From NCBI GenBank assembly GCA_046330135.1, contig JAXLTI010000003.1, forward strand, positions 387,913-451,912: a DNA stretch of 64,000 bases, given 5' to 3'. Of this stretch, positions 57,901-64,000 are shown in pieces. The notes under the pieces were generated by a model that saw only the letters and a list, made by a program, of their open reading frames with translations, did no database searches and was not told where the DNA came from. Source of the DNA: a bacterium. Lineage in GTDB: Bacteria > ARS69. A program made the position numbers and the translations under genes. The first letter of the stretch is position 1. Every line of letters begins with the position of its first letter.

Positions 57901-58118
57901 TGTGCGCCAGCTGCCACGACGCGGAGAAGACCCACGCCCACGTCACCGGGGCCCCGGCGATCGATCCGCGAACGGGGAAGACGCTCCGGTGCACGTCCTG
58001 CCACTCACCGCACGCGTCGGACCACGAAAGCTTGCTCAGGCAAGAAAAAGAGAGGAAGCTCTGCATTCAGTGCCACGTAGGACCCGATCTCGATGTGCCG
58101 ACGAGGGGGCCTCGCTGA
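54966..58118 (+). CDS. Giant multihaem cytochrome c with 42 CxxCH motifs (doubled-CXXCH / c7-polymer-like repeats)
   Basis: GTG 54966 lies 1 nt after the upstream stop. N-terminal signal/anchor VTRSRVVALGLVVAAVATWLAF. I counted 42 CxxCH by hand in 1050 aa. They are organised as roughly 48-aa dihaem units H-x-P-[FV]-x3-4-C-x2-CH-x-PH-x-S-x5-LL-x6-8-LC-x2-CH. Confidence 0.9.
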   Translation: MTRSRVVALGLVVAAVATWLAFTLGDRPALAAPEQPRARPCYDCHQPAKQKFEKASFVHAPVAKQDCEACHKRHGFAQSLVLARDFPALCVECHKDVVKSPTAGSSHLDIKGTNCISCHDPHASNTKGLLRGTLIETCASCHPRLAVSVESRKPHAPFKEGRCEACHSFHDAAKPGLLIADEKELCARCHGDASKLPDLHARPEVAGAACTSCHDPHGEPPAERGQFIHQPYAAAKCDACHTKLPGDPAALVAPAEQLCLTCHTKTKTDLTKSTTHPPAAQGKCLQCHDPHRSDLPRLVRGKADELCGVCHAPQREQMKLASVHAPFAIQDCTACHNPHASDQAKLLQKPPEALCRECHQAVVAAADSAAVPHPAMDGDCLACHAPHASKREPLLAGPPDSLCFSCHEEVEAERSRPVVHEPFQGGECVSCHAPHGSAHAAILREEDPKLCLQCHRAQADDRRKANVHKPFAEERCEKCHAPHASATPALLVKPQGELCAQCHAAVATAQPAAELHPPVAKGQCSACHSPHASDSAGPLLKTQPPDLCWSCHSDLRDRLEGAKVHKPVAEGQCNTCHDGHHVRGPDGKVALLKTCTSCHDPASEKLRAAHDDFRPDDAACLSCHDPHGSTEKGLLRPVRHEPFGKGSCTTCHEPPAPGRKPVLVEQVPALCETCHDPIKAGPGRELHPPVEAGECVDCHAPHTASAPYLAKAEGKALCLTCHDDPTAGPDSTLVHAPARAGLCLTCHGAHEGTSPGLLKTGGVALCASCHADVAKRAQGPNAHAPAREGRCTECHDPHQGKQRGLLKAAMPELCVRCHDLTKPAIVAAHGGRPVTGGHCIDCHDPHGTGKKGLVYPSAHQPYAQGKCDSCHNPGSNTLKAEGAALCVTCHGDHAGDATLAAPHAAVTQGSACLSCHSPHAGRTATLLRRDSPAAMCFACHDRSKFEGKVRHKVVDDCTTCHAPHGSANEGLLLEPQAELCASCHDAEKTHAHVTGAPAIDPRTGKTLRCTSCHSPHASDHESLLRQEKERKLCIQCHVGPDLDVPTRGPR

Positions 58119-58191
58119 CCTTCGAGCGGGAACGGCCTGCCCCAGGCCGGTGTTGGAGTGGGGAGTCAGGGATATCGGGAAGGAGGATTCG

Positions 58192-58848
58192 ATGAGAGCT
58201 TCGATCATCTCCGTCGCGGCAGCCGTGTTCGTGTTCACGGCGGCCACGGTCCATGCGCAGGCCGCGCAGAGCGCACCCGCCAAGCCGGCGACGCCCGCGG
58301 CCCAGACGGCTCCGGCCGCCGCGGCGAGCCCGGCGACTCCGGCAGCCGGTGAGGGCCCCGGCAAGTACGTCGGCGTGGCGAAGTGCAAGATGTGCCACAA
58401 GAAGGCGGAAGACGGCGACCAGTACGACGTGTGGCTCAAGAGCGGCCACGCGAAGGCGTTCGCCACCCTCGCCAGCGAGAAGGCGAAGGCCGAGGCGACG
58501 AAGGAAGGCATCGCGGATCCTCAGAAGGACCCGAAGTGCCTGAAGTGCCACACGACCGCGGCCATGGTGGCGGACCCCGCTACCGAGAAGGTCACGATGG
58601 AAGAGGGCGTCTCTTGCGAGAGCTGCCACGGCGCGGGAAGCGGCTACTACAAGAAGAAGGTGATGGAGGATCTCCGGGCGGGCAAGGTGGACGCCAAGAC
58701 CGTCGGCTTCGTGAAGCCCACGAAGGAGACGTGCGTGAAGTGCCACACGGCGGAAGGCAACGCCTTCTTCAAGCCGTTCGTGTTCGAGGAGCGCGTGAAG
58801 GTGATCGCGCACCCGATCCCGAAGAAGGCTGCTCCGGCCGCCGGCTAG
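58192..58848 (+). CDS. Periplasmic tetrahaem cytochrome c, cytochrome c554-like family
   Basis: RBS gaaggagga. A signal peptide is followed by an Ala/Pro-rich linker. Four CxxCH: CKMCH, CLKCH, CESCH, CVKCH. The family-typical context is KYVGVAKCKMCHKK...YDVWLKSGHAKAF. Confidence 0.85.
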   Translation: MRASIISVAAAVFVFTAATVHAQAAQSAPAKPATPAAQTAPAAAASPATPAAGEGPGKYVGVAKCKMCHKKAEDGDQYDVWLKSGHAKAFATLASEKAKAEATKEGIADPQKDPKCLKCHTTAAMVADPATEKVTMEEGVSCESCHGAGSGYYKKKVMEDLRAGKVDAKTVGFVKPTKETCVKCHTAEGNAFFKPFVFEERVKVIAHPIPKKAAPAAG

Positions 58849-58899
58849 TCTCGCTCGACGAACGCGTCGAATCCGCGTTCCCGCGGTGCGACGCAGAGC

Positions 58900-58939
58900 G
58901 GCCGGCTCCCCTCGCGGGGGGCCGGCCTTCGCCTTTCTC
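58900..58939 (+). terminator. Rho-independent terminator of the cytochrome operon
   Basis: ggccggctcccc-tcgc-ggggggccggcc (12-bp stem with one G.U) followed by ttcgcctttctc. Confidence 0.6.
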
Positions 58940-59003
58940 AGCCCGGGTCGCTCAGCCGGAGTCGCTCAGCCGGAGTCGCTCAGCCGGAGCCGCTCAGCCC
59001 GGG
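58934..59003. repeat. Tandem repeat, 14 bp x 5 (tcgctcagccggag; outer units degenerate)
   Basis: Units at 58934, 58948, 58962, 58976 and 58990. The three central units are identical. Confidence 0.85.
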
Positions 59004-59010
59004 CCGCCGC

Positions 59011-59050
59011 CGGCCCGAAAGGAAAGCCCCCGGGGCAGGCCCCGGGGGCT
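59011..59050 (-). terminator. Stem-loop terminator downstream of tRNA-Asp
   Basis: agcccccgggg-cagg-ccccgggggct (perfect 11-bp stem, 59025-59050). On the minus strand it is followed by ttcctttcggg. Confidence 0.5.
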
Positions 59051-59056
59051 CGAGGA

Positions 59057-59133
<77 letters not shown>

Positions 59134-59229
59134 GCCTCTTCCGGCCTCTTCCCCGCCCTTCGCAGGGCCGGAAAGAAGCCCGAGGAAGATAGCATCGAGC
59201 CTCCACCGCATCAACGGCGTTCCGGGCGA

Positions 59230-60561
59230 TCAGGACGCCGCGCCGCGCCCGGGCGGGAGGTCGGACCCGCGCAGGGGTCGGACCTCGGTGCCGGGGTAGT
59301 AGGCTTGCAGGATCTCGCGGAAGCTCGCCCCGGCGCGCGCCCGGCCTTTCGCGCCGGTCTGGCACATCCCCACGCCGTGGCCGTTGCCGCCGCCCGTGGC
59401 GATCACCTGTTCGACCCGCCCGCCCGACGCCCGCACGTCGAGGGTGATGCGCGTGCTGCGCAGGATGCTGCCGTCGGGACGACGCAGGACCCAGCGATTG
59501 CGGTCGCCGGGGACGGTCCAGGAGCCGGCGTCCGTCACGTACTCGATCTCCTCCGCTCGGCCCGACGCATCGTGGCGGGTGATGCGGACGTCGCGCAGCT
59601 CGCCGCGGACGCTGCCGGCGGGCAGCTCCAGGAGGGCCGGCACCTGCGCGCGCACGAGCGCCGAGAGGGTCTCGCCCGACCAGCGCTCTTCCCAGGAGAA
59701 GTGCTTCGAGTCCCGGCACCACTCGGCGCCCGGGTCCCCGTCCGGCCCGCCGCGAAGCGCGGAATGCACCGGCCGCCACGGCCAGGCCGTCGCGATGTCC
59801 GCGCGATAGCCGCCGCACGTCGACGAGTAGTACGCCTCGAGGAGCCCGTCCCGGTCGGCGATGACGAGTCCGCGCGTCTCGCGGATGGCCTCGTCGGCCA
59901 GGGCTTCTTCCCCCGCCGCGCCTTCGTAGAGCTGGTCCTGCACGCTCGCGTAGACGTCGAAGGGCAGCGAGCCGTACTGGCCGAAGCGCTTCACGGTGTA
60001 CGTGCGCGCCGCGACGGCCTGCGCGGCCACCGCCTCGCGCTCCTCGGGAACGCGAGCGCCGATCTCGCCGGGGACGACGCCGCGCAGGTAGTCCTCCAGC
60101 GGCACGACGTTCACGACGAAGAGCGAGTCCGCGCGGGCGGTGATCTCGAGGGCGCCGCGGAAGGCACGGCCCTGGACGGCGATCCGGGCGTCGCCGGCCG
60201 CCTCGACGCGCAGCAGGGTCGTCCCGGGCTGGACGACCTCGCCGTCGACCCGTGCGGTCACTTCGTCCCGGCTCGTGCCGATCTCGACCGCCGCCACGCG
60301 GGTGGAGTCCGGACCCGTGCAGAGCAGGAGGCCGCCCGGCGCCTCCAGGCGAACGGTCCCCGGCTCCCAGTGCAGCCCGACGCGCACGAGGGCATCGCCG
60401 CCGAGCGGTCGCTCGTCGCGCGGGGGCGCGGGCATGGGGGCGTGCGAGACGGGTGCCCCGGGCGGCGCCCCGTAGCGAGGCGGCCCGCCCGCGCAACCGG
60501 CGAGCGCGACGAGGGCGATCGCCCCGAGCGCGGCTGGGAAGTTGCGCACGCCAGCGGTCAC
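59230..60561 (-). CDS. SpoIID/LytB-domain lipoprotein (peptidoglycan-remodelling)
   Basis: The GTG overlaps the anmK stop (GTGA). Lipobox LVALAGC. Motifs: LEDYLRGVVPGEIG...EAVAAQAVAARTY...YYSSTCGG. Confidence 0.8.
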   Translation of the reverse strand: MTAGVRNFPAALGAIALVALAGCAGGPPRYGAPPGAPVSHAPMPAPPRDERPLGGDALVRVGLHWEPGTVRLEAPGGLLLCTGPDSTRVAAVEIGTSRDEVTARVDGEVVQPGTTLLRVEAAGDARIAVQGRAFRGALEITARADSLFVVNVVPLEDYLRGVVPGEIGARVPEEREAVAAQAVAARTYTVKRFGQYGSLPFDVYASVQDQLYEGAAGEEALADEAIRETRGLVIADRDGLLEAYYSSTCGGYRADIATAWPWRPVHSALRGGPDGDPGAEWCRDSKHFSWEERWSGETLSALVRAQVPALLELPAGSVRGELRDVRITRHDASGRAEEIEYVTDAGSWTVPGDRNRWVLRRPDGSILRSTRITLDVRASGGRVEQVIATGGGNGHGVGMCQTGAKGRARAGASFREILQAYYPGTEVRPLRGSDLPPGRGAAS

Positions 60562-61736
60562 TCCGGAGGGGCTGCGGTCACCACGCCCAGCACGGCGGGC
60601 CGGCGCGCGCCGGTCGCTCCCGGCACGTTCCCGGCTCGCCCGCAGACGGTCTCGCGCGCGAGCAGCGCGAAGGCCAGCGCCTCCTTCGCGTCCGGCGAGA
60701 AGCCCACGGTCTCGAGCGACTCGACGGCCATCCCGTCCATCTCCTCGCGCAACCGACGGAACAGGGTCTCGTTGTGCACGCCGCCCCCGGAGACCAGCAT
60801 CTCCTGGACCTTCGCTCGCGGCAGCACGTACTCCTTCACCGAGGCGGCGATCGAGATGGCGGTGAACTCCGTCAGCGTGGCCACGATGTCTTCGAGGTGC
60901 TCGCCGCGACGCCCCCACTCCCCGAGCGTGAGCGCCACGAACGGCGCGCCGAACACCTCTCGTCCGGTCGTCTTCGGCGGCTTCTCGAAGAAGTACGGAT
61001 GCTCGAGGAATCCCGCCAGCAGGTCCTCGTCCACGGTGCCGCGCGCCGCCAGCTGCCCGCGATCGTCGTAGCGCATGCGACCCTCGGTGGCGTGCGTGAG
61101 GAACTCGTCGATGAGCACGTTGCCCGGCCCGGTGTCGAACGCGAACACGCCCTCGCTCCCATGCCCCTTCGGGAGCACGGTGACGTTCGCGATGCCGCCG
61201 ATGTTGAGGAGGATCCGCCCGCGATCCGGGCGGCGGAAGAGCAGCGCGTCGAAGAGCGGCACGAGGGGGGCGCCGTGGCCGCCCGCCGCCTGATCCGCGC
61301 GGCGGAAGTCCGAGACCACCGGCGCGCCCACGGCCGCCGCGATCCGCGACGGCTCCCCGATCTGCCACGTCTCGCGACGCTCGGCGTCGTGGAAGATGGT
61401 CTGTCCGTGCGAGCCCACGAGGTCCACGTCGTGCGGCGCCACTCCGGCTTCCTGGAGCACGCGTCGCGCGGCCTCGCCGAACGCCTCGCCGACCGCGTGA
61501 TCGAGCCGGCAGAGCCGAGCCGCACCGCAGGCGTCGCCGCTCGCCACGGACCGGATCTCCGCGCGGAGCTCCACCGGATACGGCATCGTGAGGAAGGCCA
61601 CCTGCGTCACGACGGGTCGGTCCGCCGGCCCTTCGATCTCCGCCAGGGCGGCGTCCACTCCGTCCATCGACGTGCCGGAGATGAGCCCGATCACCCGCAG
61701 CCTGGGCTTGGCCGCCAGCGCAGCGAGACGATTCAC
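60558..61736 (-). CDS. anmK: Anhydro-N-acetylmuramic acid kinase
   Basis: Motifs: GLISGTSMDGVDAAL, VGSHGQTIFH, NIGGIANVT, FDTGPGNVLID and SGGGVHN. Confidence 0.9.
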   Translation of the reverse strand: MNRLAALAAKPRLRVIGLISGTSMDGVDAALAEIEGPADRPVVTQVAFLTMPYPVELRAEIRSVASGDACGAARLCRLDHAVGEAFGEAARRVLQEAGVAPHDVDLVGSHGQTIFHDAERRETWQIGEPSRIAAAVGAPVVSDFRRADQAAGGHGAPLVPLFDALLFRRPDRGRILLNIGGIANVTVLPKGHGSEGVFAFDTGPGNVLIDEFLTHATEGRMRYDDRGQLAARGTVDEDLLAGFLEHPYFFEKPPKTTGREVFGAPFVALTLGEWGRRGEHLEDIVATLTEFTAISIAASVKEYVLPRAKVQEMLVSGGGVHNETLFRRLREEMDGMAVESLETVGFSPDAKEALAFALLARETVCGRAGNVPGATGARRPAVLGVVTAAPPE

Positions 61737-61815
61737 CCGTTCACTCCCGTTCGAGCGGACGCCGTGCCGGCCGTGAGCCGCATCGTGAGGATCGTGGCCA
61801 CCGCCCCGGGCGCGG

Positions 61816-62763
61816 TCAAGGAGACTCTCGGGGCCGCTCGAGGGCGCGCCGGACGAAGCCGTCGGAGGCGCGAAGCAGCCGATCGGCCTCCGCGGCGTCG
61901 ACGGAGCGCACGCCCATCACGAGCGCGGTCTTCACCCGGCCGCCCGCCGCGTCCAGTAGCGCCACGGCGCGCGCGTACTCCACGCCCGCCGCCTTCATGA
62001 CGATCCGGCGACCCCGCTCGACCAGCTTCGCGCTCCCGGGGCGCAGGTCCACCATGAGGTTGCCGAGGGTCTTCCCGCGACGCACCATGGCTGCGGTGGT
62101 GATCATGTTGAGCACCATCTTCTGGGCGGAGCCGGCCTTCATGCGCGTGGAGCCCGCCACCACTTCCGGCCCCACGACCGGCGCGACGACGACGTCGGCG
62201 GCGCCCTCATCCTCCTCGACGCGCGTCTTCCCGGGGTTGCACGTGACGAGCGCCGTGAAGGCGCCGACCTCCCGCGCCCGCGCCAGACCGGCCTGGACGA
62301 AGGGCGTGCGCCGGCTCGCGGCGACGCCGACGACGCAGTCCTTCGCGCTCACCCCCTGCTCGTCGATGGCGCGGCGACCGGCCTCCGCGTCGTCCTCCGC
62401 GCCCTCCTTCGCCCGGAAGACCGACTCCGCCCCGCCCGCGATCACCGCGACGACCTCGGAGGGATCGGTCCCGAAGGTCGGCGGGCACTCGGCCGCATCC
62501 AGGACGCCCAGCCGCCCCGACGTGCCCGCACCGAGGTAGAGGAGCCGCCCCCCCTCTCGGAAGCCCCTCGTCACGGCCTCGACGACCTTCGCGATCTCGG
62601 GAAGGCACGCGCCCACGGCGGGGGCCACGCGAAGATCCTGCTCGTGGATGACCTGCAGGATCGACCTCGTGTCGAGCGTATCGAGATCGCGGGATTCCGG
62701 AAGGAACCCTTCGGTGACGAGCGAGGCGAGCTCTTCGAAGAGAGCCGAACGGGGATCGGGCAT
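61816..62763 (-). CDS. murQ: N-acetylmuramic acid 6-phosphate etherase
   Basis: SIS domain: LLYLGAGTSGRLGVLDAAECPPTFG. Also GSTRMKAGSAQKMVLNMITT and NLMVDL. Confidence 0.9.
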   Translation of the reverse strand: MPDPRSALFEELASLVTEGFLPESRDLDTLDTRSILQVIHEQDLRVAPAVGACLPEIAKVVEAVTRGFREGGRLLYLGAGTSGRLGVLDAAECPPTFGTDPSEVVAVIAGGAESVFRAKEGAEDDAEAGRRAIDEQGVSAKDCVVGVAASRRTPFVQAGLARAREVGAFTALVTCNPGKTRVEEDEGAADVVVAPVVGPEVVAGSTRMKAGSAQKMVLNMITTAAMVRRGKTLGNLMVDLRPGSAKLVERGRRIVMKAAGVEYARAVALLDAAGGRVKTALVMGVRSVDAAEADRLLRASDGFVRRALERPRESP

Positions 62764-62851
62764 CGTGCGCGCAGTGTAGCGCGGGGCCTGCGACCGGCCT
62801 AGAGGCCCTCGCTCCCGGGGCGCGGGCGTCCGACTCCCCCGCCTCGGCCCG

Positions 62852-64000
62852 CTACTGGATCCGGACGACCGGCAGGTTGTCGGTGAGGGAGCCCGCGTTG
62901 GTCGACAGGAGGACGTGGAGCAGGTACGTGCCGTTCGCGACGGGCAGCCCGCGGTCGTCCCGCCCGTCCCACTCGAGACGGTGCTGGAAGTTCGCCCCGA
63001 GGCCCTGATCGCGGATCTCGCGGATCTTCCGCCCCGTCACCGTGAACACGCCGAGCGTGGCGTGATCGATGGCGCCCGTGGTCTTGAACGCCACGGAAGT
63101 TCCGCTCGAGAACGGGTTCGGGAAGGCCACGGGGCGGTCCAGGAACCGGAACGTCGTGTCGGTGCGCAGGACGAAGCTGCTCGTCTTGCCGGTCCCGTCC
63201 ACCGCCTCGAAGCGCACGTCGTACGACTCGTTGGCCCGGAGCGTGAACGAGCGCGTCAACGTGACGATCTGGTTGACGCCGTCCGTGGTCTGACGGTCCA
63301 CGTGCGTCGTGTAGTCGGTCGCGGGGATCTCGCCGCGCTCGGTGTCGACGATGCGCGTGGACACGATCCCGCGCCCGTCCGAGGCCGTGACCTGCACCGT
63401 GATCTCGCCCGGGAACTCCCGGGCGCTGGCGAAGTACGGGTCCGTGACGTCCTCCACGTCCGCGCCGTTCACCTTCGCGGTGAGCGTGGGGCTCCCGAGA
63501 TCGGGGGACAGCGCCGGATCGCCGAGCAGGATGAAGCGCTGCGCCGCCTGGCGGAACTGGCCGTCGAAGGGCTGCACCGCCTGGTACTCCAGGCGGGCGC
63601 GGGTCGTCGACTCGCCGAGCGTCCAGACGTATGCGCCGGGCACGCCGTCGTCCGGCAGCGGGCTGCCGACGAGGGCGCGCTCCGGCCGGAAGAAGGAGTC
63701 GAGAACGAAGTCGTTGAGCTGCGTGTTCGGCGTCAGGAACTCGAACCCGGAGCTGGCGAAGGCGCCGATGCTCCCGGCGGGACGGTTCTGTTCCGGCGTG
63801 CGGACGTTCATCATCTTCTCCGACAGGCAGTCCTCCGCCGCCAGCTCGTCGTCGCGGGCGAACTCGGCGAGGTGACACGCGAAGCCCAGGAAGATGAAGG
63901 GCCGGTCCACGTTCGTCAGCGTCTGGACATCGTGGCGTTCGAGCGTGTCGTCGCGCCAGATGACCTCGTGCGTCAGGAAGTACTTGTTCGCGTGGCCCTC
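62852..64000 (-). CDS. Peptidase C25 (gingipain)-like protein, C-terminal part, with a FlgD-Ig/T9SS-type C-terminal domain (5' end beyond the window)
   Basis: The frame is open to the window edge (...NKYFLTHEVIWRDDTLERHDVQTLTNVDRPFIFLGFACHLAEFA). Ig-like middle domains follow. The C-terminus AFPNPFSSGTSVAFKT...GVFTVTGRKIREI...VANGTYLLHV matches the CTD of the 28717 gene. Confidence 0.55.
   Translation of the reverse strand, partial: EGHANKYFLTHEVIWRDDTLERHDVQTLTNVDRPFIFLGFACHLAEFARDDELAAEDCLSEKMMNVRTPEQNRPAGSIGAFASSGFEFLTPNTQLNDFVLDSFFRPERALVGSPLPDDGVPGAYVWTLGESTTRARLEYQAVQPFDGQFRQAAQRFILLGDPALSPDLGSPTLTAKVNGADVEDVTDPYFASAREFPGEITVQVTASDGRGIVSTRIVDTERGEIPATDYTTHVDRQTTDGVNQIVTLTRSFTLRANESYDVRFEAVDGTGKTSSFVLRTDTTFRFLDRPVAFPNPFSSGTSVAFKTTGAIDHATLGVFTVTGRKIREIRDQGLGANFQHRLEWDGRDDRGLPVANGTYLLHVLLSTNAGSLTDNLPVVRIQ

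Noticed and set aside
54819-58195. 1061-aa minus-strand and 1058-aa plus-strand ORFs overlapping the 42-haem gene.
   Set aside because: These are alternative frames of a periodic, GC-rich repeat gene. They contain no CxxCH or other motifs and are extremely Arg/Ala/Gly/Pro-rich.
58934-59003. The tandem 14-bp repeats as a possible CRISPR array.
   Set aside because: The units abut directly with no spacers and are far shorter than CRISPR repeats. No cas genes are nearby.

Overview
This is a bacterial chromosomal fragment of about 70% GC. The lineage cannot be fixed from sequence alone. FlgD/T9SS-type C-terminal sorting domains, a bacilliredoxin and a peptidase-C25-like gene hint at an uncultivated FCB-superphylum or Gemmatimonadota-like organism, but that call is weak. 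I support about 50 protein genes, one tRNA-Asp, one IS110-family element and a family of nested-palindromic intergenic repeats. The first 40 kb is mostly housekeeping and central metabolism: serS, mutM, fabI, uracil-DNA glycosylase, a PP2C/STAS pair, a deoxyhypusine-synthase homolog, tkt, a citD/E fusion with citF and a fused aconitase-family dehydratase, carAB, a TonB-receptor cluster, apaH, two SGNH hydrolases and an aldehyde dehydrogenase. The outstanding feature is an 18.4-kb multihaem cytochrome locus at 40.47-58.85 kb. It holds seven cytochrome c genes with 87 CxxCH plus one CX3CH motif. These include a CbcL-like cyt c/cyt b fusion, a 3-TM NapC/NirT (ImcH-like) cytochrome, a Tat 4Fe-4S/NrfD fusion with a 13-haem partner, and an NHL propeller next to a hexahaem that looks collinear with Geobacter OmcS. 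They also include a hexahaem lipoprotein, a putative beta-barrel, twin lipoproteins, a 42-haem giant cytochrome and a c554-like tetrahaem. Together this reads as a one-locus extracellular electron transfer (EET) pathway from inner membrane to cell surface, with accessory parts I cannot match to described Mtr/Pcc/Ext clusters. The second notable item is an IS1111-like element at 4427-5798. It is inserted precisely into one copy of a roughly 0.5-kb palindromic repeat, has a frameshifted recombinase, and carries a 255-bp 3' non-coding end that is a bridge-RNA candidate. The intact partner repeat lies inverted inside the cytochrome locus. The right end carries tRNA-Asp, murQ-anmK-spoIID and a partial C25-like peptidase. 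Most long ORFs in the supplied track are high-GC shadow ORFs (Arg/Pro/Gly/Ala-rich) and were not called. Many neighbouring genes are coupled by NTGA start/stop overlaps. All family calls come from reading the translations and recalling family motifs; no database search or computation was run.
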